Below are positions 38,434 through 51,598 of a DNA stretch of 64,000 bases, piece after piece. A model generated the notes under the pieces. The model searched no databases. It was not told the origin of the DNA and worked only from the letters and a program-made list of their open reading frames with translations. The position numbers and the translations under genes were made by a program. The DNA comes from Pristiophorus japonicus. Taxonomy: Eukaryota. The stretch lies in contig NC_091988.1 in NCBI RefSeq assembly GCF_044704955.1, forward strand, positions 44,578,001 through 44,642,000, read 5' to 3'. The stretch's first letter is position 1, and every line of letters starts with the position of its first letter.

Positions 38434-39381
38434 TTAGTTTAACTCCTCCCCAACAGCACTAGCAAACACTCCCCCGAAGACATTGGTTCCGATTCTGCCC
38501 AGGTGCAGACTGTCCGGATTGTACTGGTCCCACCTCCCCCAGAACCGGTTCCAATGCCCCAGGAATTTGAATCCCTCCCTGCTGCACCATTCCTCAAGCC
38601 ACGTATTCATCTGAACTATCCTGCGATTCCTACTCTGACTAGCACGTGGCACTGGTAGCAATCCCGAGATTACTACTTTTGAGGTCCTACTTTTTAATTT
38701 AGCTCCTAGCTCCTTAAATTCATTTCGTAGGACCTCATCCCTTTTTTTATCTATGTCGTTGGTACCAACGTGCACCACGACAACTGGCTGTTCTCCCTCC
38801 CTTTTTAGAATGTCCTGCACCCGCTCCGAGACATCCTTGACCCTTGCACCAGGGAGGCAACATACCATCCTGGAGTCTCGGTTGCGGCCGCAGAAATGCC
38901 TATCTATTCCCCTTACAATTGAATCCCCTATCACTATCGCTCGCCCACTCTTTTTCCTGCCCTCCTGTGCAACAGAGCCAGCCACGGTGCCATGAACTTG
39001 GCTGCTGCTGCCCTGTCCTGATGAGTCATCCCCCTCAACAGCACTCAAAGCAGTGTATCTGTTTTGCAGTGGGATAACCACAGGGGACCCCTGCACTACC
39101 TTCCTTGCACTACTCTTCCTGCTGGTCTTCCATTCCCTCGCTGGCTGTGGACCCTTCTCCTGCGGTAAGACCAACTCGCTACACGTGATACTCACGTCAT
39201 TCTCAGCATCGTGGATGCTCCAGAGTGAATCCACCCTCAGCTCCAACTCCGCAACGCGGACCGTCAGGAGCCGGAGGTGGACACACTTCCCGCACATGTA
39301 GTCGTCAGGGACACTGGTGCTGTCCCCGTGTTCCCACATGGTACAGGAGGAGCATATCACGTGACCGAGCTGTCCTGCCAT
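38434..39381 (-). CDS. CR1 ORF1p: zinc finger/leucine zipper plus SGNH esterase
   Basis: Intact 315 aa with CSSC, CGKC, VAELELRVDSL, IGDSIVRG, HVGTND and DSLHL. Confidence 0.9.
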   Translation of the reverse strand: MAGQLGHVICSSCTMWEHGDSTSVPDDYMCGKCVHLRLLTVRVAELELRVDSLWSIHDAENDVSITCSELVLPQEKGPQPAREWKTSRKSSARKVVQGSPVVIPLQNRYTALSAVEGDDSSGQGSSSQVHGTVAGSVAQEGRKKSGRAIVIGDSIVRGIDRHFCGRNRDSRMVCCLPGARVKDVSERVQDILKREGEQPVVVVHVGTNDIDKKRDEVLRNEFKELGAKLKSRTSKVVISGLLPVPRASQSRNRRIVQMNTWLEEWCSREGFKFLGHWNRFWGRWDQYNPDSLHLGRIGTNVFGGVFASAVGEELN

Positions 39382-39561
39382 GACTTAACACTTAGATACA
39401 CTTAAATTGGCGACAACAATGTTAAAAGTTACTGACTAATAAAGAAAAAGAAAAACTACTCACCAATCAGCAGCCAATCACTTACCACGTTGGCTGTGAC
39501 GTCACCTTTTGATTTCTTTCTACTTCTTTTTGCCTTCTCTCAGCTGGAGCTGCACCGGTAC

Positions 39562-39835
39562 GCCTCTCTCGACTCCCGCCTCTCTCGACGCTCCCCGGAC
39601 TGCTGAGCCTTTTATAGGCCGCTGCCTCTCTCGACTCCCGCCTCTCTCGACGCTCCCCGGACTGCTGAGCCTTTTATAGGCCGCTGCCTCTCTCGACTCC
39701 CGCCTCTCTCGACGCTCCCCGGACTGCTGAGCCTTTTATAGGCCGCTGCCTCTCTCGACTCCCGCCTCTCTCGACGCTCCCCGGACTGCTGAGCCTTTTA
39801 TAGGCCGCTGCCTCTCTCGGCTCCCGCCTCTCTCC
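39562..39835 (-). repeat. Tandem 62-bp monomer array in the CR1 5'UTR (about 4.4 units)
   Basis: Units start at 39562, 39624, 39686, 39748 and 39810; each complete unit has CCTATAAAAGG on the minus strand. Confidence 0.92.
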
Positions 39836-42800
39836 GTAATATACATTAATGATTTAGATGAAGGAATTGAGTGTAATATCTCGAAGTTTACAGATGACAC
39901 AAAACTGGGTGGTGGCGTGAGCTGTGAGGAGGATGCTAAAAGGCTGCAGGGTGACTTGGACAGGCTAGGTGAGTGGGCAAATGCATGGCAGATGCAGTAT
40001 AATGTGGATAAATGTGAGGTTATCCACTTTGGTGGCAAAAACACGAAGGCAGAATATTATCTGAATGGTGGCAGATTAGGAAAGGGGGAGGTGCAACGAG
40101 ACCTGGGTGTCATGGATCATCAGTCATTGAAAGTTGGGATAGAAGTACAACAGGCGGTAAAGAAGGCAAATGGTATGTTGGCCTTCATAGCTAGGAGATA
40201 TGCGTATAGGAGCAGGGAGGTCTTACTGCAGTTGTATAGGGCCTTGGTGAGGCCTCACCTGGAATATTGTGTTCAGTTTTGGTCTCCTAATCTGAAGAAG
40301 GATGTTCTTGCTATTGAGGGAGTGCAGCGAAGGTTCACCAGACTGATTCCCGGGATGGCGGGACTGACATATGAGGAGAGACTGGATCAACTGGGCCTTT
40401 ATACACTAGAGTTTAGAAGGATGAGAGGGGATCTCATAGAAACTTACAAGATTCTGACGGGACTGGACAGGTTAGATGAAGTAAGAATGTTCCCGATGAT
40501 TGGGAAGTCCAGAACCAGGGGACACAGTCTTAGGATAAGGGGTAGGCCATTTAGGACTAAGATGAGGAAAAACTTCTTCACTCAGAGAGTTGTTAACCTG
40601 TGGAATTCCCTACCGCAGAGAGTTGTTGATGCCAGTTCATTGGATATATTCAAGAGGGAGTTAGATATGGCCCTTGCGGCTAAAGGGATCAAGGCGTATG
40701 GAGAGAAAGCAGGAAAGGGGTACTGAGGGAATGATCAGCCATGATCTTATTGAATGGTGGTGCAGGCTCGAAGGGCTGAATGGCCTACTCCTGCACCTAT
40801 TTTGTATGTTTCTATGCTTCTATGTTTGTCAGGGTTTCCACAGCTCTTCTGCTGAACTTTGCATAAGATTGGAAATTCCACCCTGTTAGAATTACTTTTA
40901 AAAACTGCTTAATTTTATATATTACCTCGACACTCATCTTTTATTTGTACCAGTTACTGATGTAAAAGTTTATAGATTTGTGACTAAAGCACCAATAACT
41001 TCCCAATTAATGTACTTAAAAAAAATTATGATCTTGATTGTCTTTGTAGTTTGTGTCATATTACTTAATGATAATATTTAAATAGTTCTTTGTCACTCAT
41101 GCATAAATTTTCTATTATTGTAGAGTAAACATTCAACACCGACTATGTTAGATTAAACTTAAAATTTTAAACACATCATGAATGACGTCACCAGAATGAC
41201 TGCCCCATCTAATTGGGCTGGGTAACGCGCTGGGTGTGCTTAATCGACCCCATTAAGTTCAGTTAATTTTCTACAGCGGGATGAATCCAGCAGCAGGGTC
41301 ACGACCCAACACAGATACTGGCTGCACTGGACCCGCCAATGTATGGAAAATGTTTACCTTCAGCCTGGAACTCTTCTCTACCTCCAACACAATTCAAGCT
41401 GGCACTTTTTGTCTCCCCTGGCATCTGTTCAAGCTGGCACTTATTTCTAGTTTTATTTGGCACTCTATTCACTCAGTAAATAAATACTGGCATTCCACCA
41501 CACACCCTGGCCACAAGCACCCCACCAACAACCCCCCCCCCCGCCCACTCCCCCCCCCACCCCCACACACACATCCCACTCTGTACTTAATATTGGCATT
41601 CTCCATTCTACCCCAATCTGAAGTCCTGCATCCAGCTTCTGCCCCATCTTGCTTCATTTCATTCATTCATTTTACTCTCTCCTTCATTAGCCCCTTCATA
41701 ACCATCCATTTTACCCCCCCCCCCGTTCATTTTCTTCCCTCATGATCCATTCTACTTCATTACCATCCATTTAACCCACCAATTACATCCATTTTCCTTT
41801 ATTATTGCCATTTATTTCCCTTTTATTTATATCCATGCCCTCTTCATTACCATCAATTTCCTCCTTCAATGCCATCCATTGGTAATCCCTTACTCCATTA
41901 TTTGCTCCCAACCACCCTGTGCTCTCCGCTCCTGTCGGAATCCAGCTGCTAATGGACCTTTTCTCAATACCATTCCTGCTGCTAATGGCAGTGATTCCAG
42001 CCAATGTTTTGGCAAATAAAATGATATTCAAATTACTCCATAAACCTCGCAAAGGATTTTGGCTTTCTTTATAAAATTGAAATTTTCTAGTCATATCAAA
42101 TATAATTTTTGTTAATAAAGAGACAGATGTTTAATAAACAATACACGTAGAATAAACAGTTCTTCTCAGTCAGTGACAGCATCTCAAAAACTCCTCTTCC
42201 TATTTCAGAGGAAATTGGAGTGCCTAGTATGTACAGTTACCCCTGGCTAACTCAGAAATCTATTCATGGACAAGTTTTGCAGCCAAAGAAAGCAAACTCA
42301 AGCACTGCAAATACTTACTTACTTTGACTGAAAGGCAACTGCAATGACTGACAGGTATAATTTAAATGAGTTGTCAGGTGAAAGTCAAGTACAATGTAAA
42401 CCATCAAATGCAAAGTAAACCATTACTTGGCAAACTAGGGTTGTTAGGGCATGAATCAGGCTACAGGAGATCCAATTTGCCCAATAGTATCCTGTAGAAC
42501 TTATTGTGTCTGTACTTCCAGCAATGAAAAAAAAACAAAATAATAAGCAGCACATACTTGTTATTGTTCCTTCCAGCTGCACTCTGTTGAGCCAGTTGAT
42601 ATAAAAAAGATTGTTCAGCAACAATGGCCATTGTTTTAAACAGACAGTAACAAATAATAAGTTACTCATTCGGGAAATGTAATTGCTATGGACTGAGCAT
42701 TGTATCATATAAAAGGAACTGTTCAACACAAAGTTACAGGAGTGTTAATACAATTACATATTAGAGGTTCACCAGTTGACCACAACCATAACTACAAAAA

Positions 42801-43169
42801 TGATCAGTTAGTTTAAATTCTGAGAGATTTAGATATATGTTTCAAGGATGAAGCTTCATCTGATCTGTTGGCGAGGTGCATAGTACCTTTAACAGGAGTG
42901 TGGCAATGAATTTGTTGTAAAATGTTGGAATAAGGTTTAAAATGGCACATAACAGGGTGAATCAGATATGATTGAAATTGGGAGTGAAAGCAACAATGCC
43001 TATCACCTTTTTTTACTATTAAAAGGCAGAACCTGCATCTATATAGCACCATATCACACCTTCAGGATATCCCAAAGTGCTTCACAACTAATTAATTATT
43101 TTTTGAAGTGTAGCTGGGGTGGTGGAGGCAGACTCAATTGTGACTTTCAAAAGGGAATTGGATAAGAAC

Positions 43170-46100
43170 TTATAAGAACATAAGAATTAGGAACAGGGGT
43201 AGGCCATCGAGCCCCTCGAGCCTGCTCCGCCATTCAACAAGATCATGGCTGATCTGGCCGTGGACTCAGCTCCACTTTCTCGCCCGCTCCCCATAACCCT
43301 TAATTCTCTTATTGGTTAAAAATCTATCTATCTGTGATTTGAATACATTAAATGAGCTAGCCTCAACTGCTTCCTTGGGCAGAGAATTCCACAGATTCAC
43401 AACCCTCTGGGAGAAGAAATTCCTTCTCAACTCGGTTTTAAATTGGCTCCCCCGTATTTTGAGGCTGTGCCCCCTAGTTCTAGTCTCCCGACTAATGGAA
43501 ACAACCTCTCTGCCTCTATCTTGTCTATCCCTTTCATTATTTTAAATGTTTCTATAAGATCACCCCTCATCCTTCTGAACTCTAACGAGTAAAGACCCAA
43601 TCTACTCAATCTATCATCATAAGGTAACCCCCTCATCTCCGGAATCAGCCTAGTGAATCATCTCTGCACCCCCTCCAAAGCTAGTATATCCTTCCTTAAG
43701 AAAGGTGACCAAAACTGCACGCAGTACTCCAGGTGCGGCCTCACCAATACTCGATACAGTTGCAGCAGGACCTCCCTGCTTTTGTACTCCATCCCTCTTG
43801 CAATGAAGGCCAACATTCTATTCACCTTCCTGATTACCTGCTGCACCTGCAAACTAACTTTTTGAGATTCATGCACAAGGACCCCCAGGTCCCTCTGTTA
43901 CAACATGCTGCGGTGCAGAGGGACCTGGGGGTCCTTGTGCATGAATCTCAAAAGAGTTTCATGCACAAGGACCCCCAGGTCCCTCTGCACCGCAGCATGT
44001 TGTAATCTCTCCCCATTCAAATAATATTCTCTTTTACTGTTTTTTTTCCCAAGGTGGATGACCTCACATTTTCCGACATTGTATTCCATCTGCCAAACCT
44101 TAGCCCATTCGCTTAACCTATCTAAATCTCTTTGCAGCCTCTCTGTGTCCTCTACACAACCCGCTTTCTCACTAATCTTTGTGTCATCTGCAAATTTTGT
44201 TACACTACACTCTGTCCCCTCTTCCAGGTCATCTATGTATATTGTAAACAGTTGTGGTCCCAGCACCGACCCCTGTGGCACACCACTAACCACCGATTTC
44301 CAACCCGAAAAGGACCCATTTATCCCGACTCTCTGCTTTCTGTTAGCCAGCCAATTCTCTATCCATGCTAATACATTTCTTCTGACTCCGCATACCTTTA
44401 TCTTCTGCAGTAACCTTTTGTGTGGCACCTTATCGAATGCCTTTTGGAAATCCAAGTACACCACATCCATCGGCACACCTCTATCCACCATGCTCGTTAT
44501 ATCCTCAAAGAATTCCAGTAAATTAGTCAAACATGATTTCCCCTTCATGAATCCATGTTGCGTCTGCTTGATTGCACTATTCCTATCTAGATGTCCTGCT
44601 ATTTCTTGCTTAATGATAGCTTCAAGCATTTTCTCCACTACAGATGTTAAACTAACCTGCCTATAGTTACCTGCCTTTTGTCTGCCCCCTTTTTTAAAAA
44701 GAGGTGTTACATTAGCTGCTTTCCAATCCGCTGGTACCTCCCCAGAGTCCAGAGAATTTTGGTAGATTATAACGAATGCATCTGCTATAACTTCTGCCAT
44801 CTCTTTTAATACCCTGGGATGCATTTCATCCGGACCAGGGGACTTGTCTACCTTGAGTCCCATTAGCCTGTCCAGCATTACCCCCCGAGTGATAGTGATT
44901 ATCTCAAGGTCCTTCCTTCCCACATTCCCGTGACCAGCAATTTTTGGCATGGTTTTTGTGTCTTCCACTGTGAAGACCGAAGCAAAATAATTGTATAAGG
45001 TCTCAGCCATTTCCACATTTCCCATTATTAAATCCCCCTTCTCATCTTCTAAGGGACCAACATTTACTTTAGTCACTCGTTTCCGTTTTATATATCTGTA
45101 AAAGCTTTTACTATCTGTTTTTATGTTTTGCGCAAGTTTACTTTCGTAATCTATCTTTCCTTTCTTTATTGCTTTCTTAGTCATTCTTTGCTGTTGTTTA
45201 AAATTTTCCCAATCTTCTATTTTCCCACTAACCTTGGCCACCTTATACGCATTGGTTTTTAATTTGATACTCTCCTTTATTTCCTTGGTTATCTACGGCT
45301 GGTTATCCCTTCTCTTACCGACCTTCTTTTTCACTGGAATATATTTTTGTCGAGCACTATGAAAGAGCTCCTTAAAAGTCCTCCACTGTTCCTTAATTGT
45401 GCCACCGTTTAGTCTGTGTTTCCAGTCTACTTTAGCCAACTCTGCCCTCATCCCACTGTAGTCCCCTTTGTTTAAGCATGGTACGTTCGTTTGAGACACT
45501 ACTTCCTCACCCTCAATCTGTATTACAAATTCAACCATACTGTGATCACTCATTCCTAGAGGATCTTTTACTAGGAGATCATTTATTATTCCTATCTCAT
45601 TACACAGGACCAGATCTAAGATAGCTTGCCCCCTTGTAGGTCTGTAACATACTGTTCTAAGAAACAATCCCGTATGCATTCTATGAATTCTTCCTCAAGG
45701 CTACCCCATGCGATTTGATTTGACCAATCGATATGTAGGTTAAAATCCCCCATGATTACTGCCGTTCCTTTTTCACATGCCTCCATTATTCCCTTGATTA
45801 TTGCCTGCCCCACCATGAAGTTATTATTTGGGGGCCTATAAACTACACCCACCAGTGACTTTTTCTCCTTACTATCTCTAATCTCCACCCACAATGATTC
45901 AACATTTTGTTCATTAGAGCCAATATCGTCTCTCACAACTGCCCTGATATCATCCTTTATTAACAGAGCTACCCCACCTCATTTCCCTTCTTGTCTATCT
46001 TTCCGAATTGTCAGATACCCCTGTATGTTTAATTCCCAGTCTTGGCCCCCTGCAACCACATTTCTGTAATGGTCACCAAATCATACTCATTTGTAATGAT

Positions 46101-46372
46101 TTATGCCGTCAACTCATTTACTTTATTTCGAATGCTGCGTGCGTTTAGGTAGAGTGTTTTAATACTAGTTTTTAAACCATGATTTTTCGTTTTGACCCCT
46201 CCTGCAGCCCCTTTATATTCATACATATTGTCCCTTCCTATCACCTTGTGGTTTACACTTACCCCAGTGCTACTCTGCTCTGTTGCCTCCTGCCTTTTGC
46301 ATTCTTTCTTGGGGTCCTGTTCATCTGAGCTCTCACCCACTCTAACTAGCTCAGAGCCTCTCCTGGGTTCTG
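43170..46372 (-). mobile_element. CR1 LINE (second subfamily), ORF2 region
   Basis: APE and RT ORFs (45241-43898 and neighbours); (AACATAAG)n tail. Confidence 0.9.
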
Positions 46373-47360
46373 ATTACTTCTTGCATTGAGGCACCGAGCT
46401 TTCATGCTTGCCTTTTTATTACACTTTGACCCTTTAGAATTTTGCTGTACAGTGGCCCTTTTTGTTTTTTGCCTTGGATTTCTCTGCTCTCCATTTTTAC
46501 TCATCTCCTTTCTGTCTTTTGCTTTTGTCTCCATTTTGTTTCCCTCTGTCTCCCTGCATTGGTTCCCATCCCCCTGCCATATTAGTTTAACTCCTCCCCA
46601 ACAGCACTAGCAAACACTCCCCCTAGGACATTGGTTCCGGTCCTGCCCAGGTGCAGACCGTCTGGTTTGTACTGGTCCCACCTCCCCCAGAACCGGTTCC
46701 AATGCCCCAGAAATTTGAATCCCTTCCTGCTGCACCACTGCTCAAACCACGTATTCATCGGAGCTATCCTGTGATTCCTACTCTGACTAGCTCGTGGCAC
46801 TGGTAGCAATCCCGAGATTACTACTTTTGAGGTCCTACGTTTTAATTTAGCTGCTAGCTCCTTAAATTCGTCTCGTAGGACCTCATCCCTTTTTTTACCT
46901 ATATCGTTGGTACCAATGTGCACCACGCCAACTGGCTGTTCACCCTTCCTTTTCAGAATATCCTGCACCCGCTCCGAGACATCCTTGACCCTTGCACCAG
47001 GGAGGCAACATACCATCCTGGAGTCTCGGTTGCGGCCGCAGAAATGCCTATCTATTCCCCTTACCATTGAATCCCCTATCACTATCCTGCCCTCCTGTGC
47101 AGCAGAGCCAGCCACGGTGCCATGAACTTGGCTGCTGCTGCCCTCCCCTGATGAGTCATCCCCCTCAACAGTACTCAAAGCGGTGTATCTGTTTTGCAGG
47201 GGGATGACCGCACTGCTCTTCCTGCTGGTCTTCCATTCCCTATCTGGCTGTGGACCCTTCACCTGCGGTAAGGCCAACTTGCTACACATGCTACTCACGT
47301 CATTCTCAGCATCGTGGATGCTCCAGAGTAAATCCATCCTCAGCTCCAATTCTGCAACGG
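46373..47360 (-). mobile_element. CR1 ORF1 and ORF2-start fragment joined to the preceding element
   Basis: Esterase ORF 46582-47349. ORF2 start breaks at CLNARS. Confidence 0.88.
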
Positions 47361-50178
47361 AAGTATCTGAAAGAAAAAAAATTGCAGGGCTACTGGAAAG
47401 GGTGGGGGAGTGGGACTTGCTGAAGTGCTCTTGGAGAGAGCCAGCATGGCTTAATGGGTTGAATGGCCTCCTTCTGTGCTGTAACCATTCTATGATTCTA
47501 AGTCCTCATGAGAGGTCCTGCCTACAGTATACAGCAGGCAGAATTACTGCCATGAGTGGTGTTGTCCAGTTGGACTTCGATAGGACTAGGGGTGCCAGCA
47601 ATGGAGCAAAGACGTATGGGATCAGGGAAGAGAGGAATGGCAATAGTGAAGTAGGCGGGCCCCGTTCGCTCTAATTTGAGGACATACGAAAAGACAGACC
47701 ATCAAGCCTGTCCCAAATAGTCATGATGCAACTAAGCATCATAACCACTAGTGTACCCGCTCACTCATCGTCATGTAAGGCATAAAATCAGGTTTAAAAA
47801 AAATGAGTCAAATCAGGGACAAAAGAATCTCAGAAATTTCTCTCCAACCCTTCAAAGGCAAAGGATATCAGAGTGACCATGAGGCACTTAACCAACATCC
47901 CACCTACTTTTTCCATGCAGTGATATTAATCACAGCAAGGAACCCTTTTTGAGCTGCGAATCTACACTTACCACACAAACCAGTAACTTGTTCCTGTGAT
48001 AGAGCTGCCCCACGAAGACTACTCCACTTCGTGGACTACTGATGTAATGCAACTACTGATGTAAGCAATAAAGGATCATGTGGCAAAGTCAAATGATGAC
48101 AGGTTTCTGTATTGGAGCCATCTTGTTTAGAGTGTGTTAGTGATGTTGTCAAAATATATCACATTGGCGATGAGGATAGGATTTCTGGATTCCCTAGTTG
48201 AAATTTTTGATGGTGGATAAGCCAGCCAACCAATAGAGAGACTTTGAGAGGTTCCTTGTTTTGCAGAATGGCTAAAAATCCAACGTAAATTGCAAGCACA
48301 GCTGGTTGAACTGTCGCCATTGCCAGAGACCAGAGGGCCATGTCTATGGGAATAATAGGGTACATGGGTGAGTTCCATCATGAACGAGAGACTTTCAGAG
48401 TGTATGTGGAGTGGCTAGAAATGTTTTCAATTGCGAATAGTATCGTCAAAATCCCCGATGATGAAAACCATAATCGGGTGGTATTAAAAAGAAAACGGGC
48501 TATTTTCTTGACTGAAACAAGCCCTGAGGTGTATGAAACCTTGAAAAATGTGCTTGATTCCATCAAGCCAAAGGACGCGCCACTGGAAAATTGCACTACA
48601 GTTCAGAGCCCCTGGAAATTGCTGAAAGTTATAATTTTGGAACACGAGATCAATTAATTGATGAGAGTATCTGTGAGTACATTGCAGCTTTACAAAAGCT
48701 ATCCATTTACTGTCATTTCGGAAACTTTCAGGACCAAGCATTGCGTGATCGCTTTGTGAGATCAGATGTGAAACAATCAGAAGAAAATTGTTGACAACCC
48801 CTAACTTCACTTTTGATTTAGCTTGTCAAACAGCTATGTCGATGGAAATGGCTGATCAATACTCCCTAGAATTTCACGCCATTTCCAGTCGTCAGACAAC
48901 TGAGGTGAATCGCCTGCAGGTTAAAAGTATACGTCAGTTTGGCCCCAAGGCCTCAGCAACTGGCCAAGATAACAGAGCATTGAAGTGATGCTATTGGTGC
49001 CTGGGACAACACATTGCTCAAAGCTGTCCATATGTGAAGGCAGAGTGTTTCTTCTGCAAGAAAACTGGGCATCTTGCAAAGGATTTTTAATGCTAGAAGT
49101 AGAAATCGCCAGACACTACATAGCATTGAAGAGAAGCAACAGGGCAAGGAGGTTCTGGAGATACACGTCATTGGGAGCACGAGGTTATCTAACAGCAATT
49201 TACAAAGTATTGTCATCCAAGTAGACGTTGCAGGAACTAAGATACCCATGGAAATTGACACTGGTACATCCGTACGTGTAGTACTGGAATCGCTATATCT
49301 CAACAAGTTGCGTGATTTTCGACTGGAGAAATTGAAGATAGAGTTGCGAGGCTACTCAGGAGAGTAAATTCCTGTTGTAGGACGTATTGCCGTAATGGCA
49401 AAATCCAAGGATCAGATACATAGCTTGCCTCTCATAGTAATGACAGGAGACAAGCCTGCCTTGATAGGTAGAAATTGGTTGGGAACACTGAAGCTGGATT
49501 GGAATGAGATTTTTCATGTAGAAACAAAATTTGCATCGAAAGATGATGTCATCAAACATTATCCGAAGGTGTTCCGCGAAACAGGCAGTCTGATCCAAGG
49601 CTTCAAGGCAAGTGTCAGAGTGCAGAAGGATGCTCGACCAGTTTAATGCAAGCCACGTCTCGTACCATACGCACTCAAGGAAAAAGTTGAGCAAGAACTC
49701 AAAAGACAAGAAACTGAGAACATTATCTGTAAGGTAGATCTAAGTAATTGGGCTACACCCACTGTTGTTGTATCTAAGTTAGATGTTAATGCTAATGCTA
49801 TATCTAGGTTGCCATCTCCATCACAAGTTACCACAATAGGGAAGAAGTGTACCATTTTTCATATATTGATGAACTGCCAGTCACAATTGAAAAGATTGGT
49901 CGTGCAACCAAACGCGACCTAGTTATGTCAAAGATGTATGATTACAGAGCAAATAGCTGACTAAACCAGATATACGAGAAAGATATTCATCCATACTTTA
50001 TTCGTTGGAATGATTTATCAGTGGATAAAGATTGTATCTTGTGGGGTGCAAGAGTGGTATTCCAAATAAATTCAGGTCCAAATTGTTAAGAGATCTTCAT
50101 GACCAGCACCTGGGAATGTGCTTGACCAAGAGTTTTGCACACAGTTATTTATGGTGGTCAGGTTTAGATAAAGATATT

Positions 50179-50791
50179 GGGGCCAAATTTCATCAAGGCC
50201 TCCTCCAGCCCAAGTGCCGTCCAACATGCTGCCGATGGCCGCCGAGGTATGGGACGATACTTTGGGTGGGATATTCATGAAGAAGGTCCCTCAAATGTCA
50301 GCAGGCGGCAAATGGACGACGTACTCCGCCAATCTGGGCGACAGCAGGCGGGAGGTCTCATTTTCGGCAGCAGAGGCGCTTGCCGCCCAAGTGCCACCGA
50401 GGATGGAGTGCCACGGAGGGTCGAAGAGCTGTAAAAAAAAATCATCAATAAAAAATACAAAAACTATACGAAGACCTTCAGGGCACCCCATGCAGGTAAG
50501 TCGCTGTTGAATGTTTTTTTAACCATTGGGGACAGACCAGCTTCCACACAGCGGTCCACTCCCATTCTGCCGCCGACTCCCACCCGCAGGAATCTGGGAG
50601 CTCGGCGGGCGGGAGTACAGTTGCGCCACTCGGCCATCCACTGACGTCAGCGGGCAGTTCCCGGTGGCTCTCTCCGCCAGCCCGCTCAAGGCCATCTCCA
50701 AAGTGGCACTGAATGGATCTTCAGGAGGAATGTTGGTGGAAGAGGGAGGCAGTCGGCAGCAGCGGACGGTGGGCTGATGAATTTCGACCCC
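50179..50791. mobile_element. MITE inserted in the integrase Zn-finger region
   Basis: Imperfect TIR GGGGCCAAATTTCATCA / TGATGAATTTCGACCCC; flanks ATT/ATA. Removing it rejoins the host frame GLDKDI-EYIVSQC. Confidence 0.8.
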
Positions 50792-51598
50792 ATAGAGTAT
50801 ATCGTTAGTCAATGTACAACATGTCAATCAGTAAGCAAGAAACCACCATCAGTTCCATTGCAGCTATGGAAATGGCCTCCCAGGGTGTGGCAAAGGTTAC
50901 ATGTAGATTTTGCTGAACTAGAAGGACAACAATTGTTCGTTGTGATTGATAGTCATTCGAAGTGGGTAGAGGTATTTCCGATGCAGAAAATAACAAGTAA
51001 AACACTGGACAATTTGCAAAGATTGTTTTCTTCATATGGCCCGCAGAAGAAATTGTGTCTGATAATGGGCCGCAATTTTGTTCAGAAGAATTTGCACAGT
51101 TCATGAGCAGAATCGGTGTGAAACATACTAAAGTTCCACCATACCATCCTTCTTCAAATGGTGCAATAGAGCGCACAGTAAAAATTGTAAAATGAGGCCT
51201 CATCAAGCAAATGTTGGATCCAAATCCAAAGAAACAACAGTTGTTGTTGGATCACAAACTGGCAAATTTTCTAATTATTTATCACACAAGTACTGGTAGA
51301 ACACCAGCAGAGTTTGTCGAATGACAGCCACAAACCAGGTTCTCATTGTTAAAGCCAAACTTGGCACAATCGGTAGAAGAGAAAAAGAATCATGATAGAG
51401 GTAGAGTAAGAGAGAGAATTGTGAAATTGAATTAGAAGGTTAGAGTGAAGAACCATAACCATAAATGGTTAACGTGGTTACCAGGAAGAATAGTGAAGAT
51501 ATGTGACCCTCGCACATATTGGGTCAAAATGTTTGATCATGTTTGTTCACATTGATCATATTTTACCTACCGATGTGGAAGTAGTTGAAAGTGGGAAT

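Larger units (their letters stand above)
35346..39835 (-). mobile_element. Young full-length CR1 LINE
   Basis: TSD GTAATA (35340-35345 and 39836-39841); intact ORF1; ORF2 with one nonsense codon; (CATAGAAA)n tail. Confidence 0.95.
32130..40825 (+). mobile_element. Near full-length degenerate CR1 LINE, split at 35345/39836
   Basis: TATA plus CRE 5'UTR, ORF1 from 32350, ORF2 fragments. RT sequence QLFV-IYINDLD resumes after 39836. TTCTATG tail. Confidence 0.92.
31927..40884. mobile_element. Probable MITE hosting nested CR1 insertions
   Basis: Imperfect inverted termini AGGGTGAATTTC / GAAATTCCACCCT; TSD unclear. Confidence 0.4.

Noticed and set aside
38434-39381. Host lipase or esterase gene, or a novel RT-associated enzyme
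   Set aside because: An SGNH esterase in CR1 ORF1p is an established feature and is repeated in several copies here.
41281-42729. Possible small host exons or ORFs
   Set aside because: Low-complexity pyrimidine- or AT-rich sequence with no convincing protein motif or splice pair.
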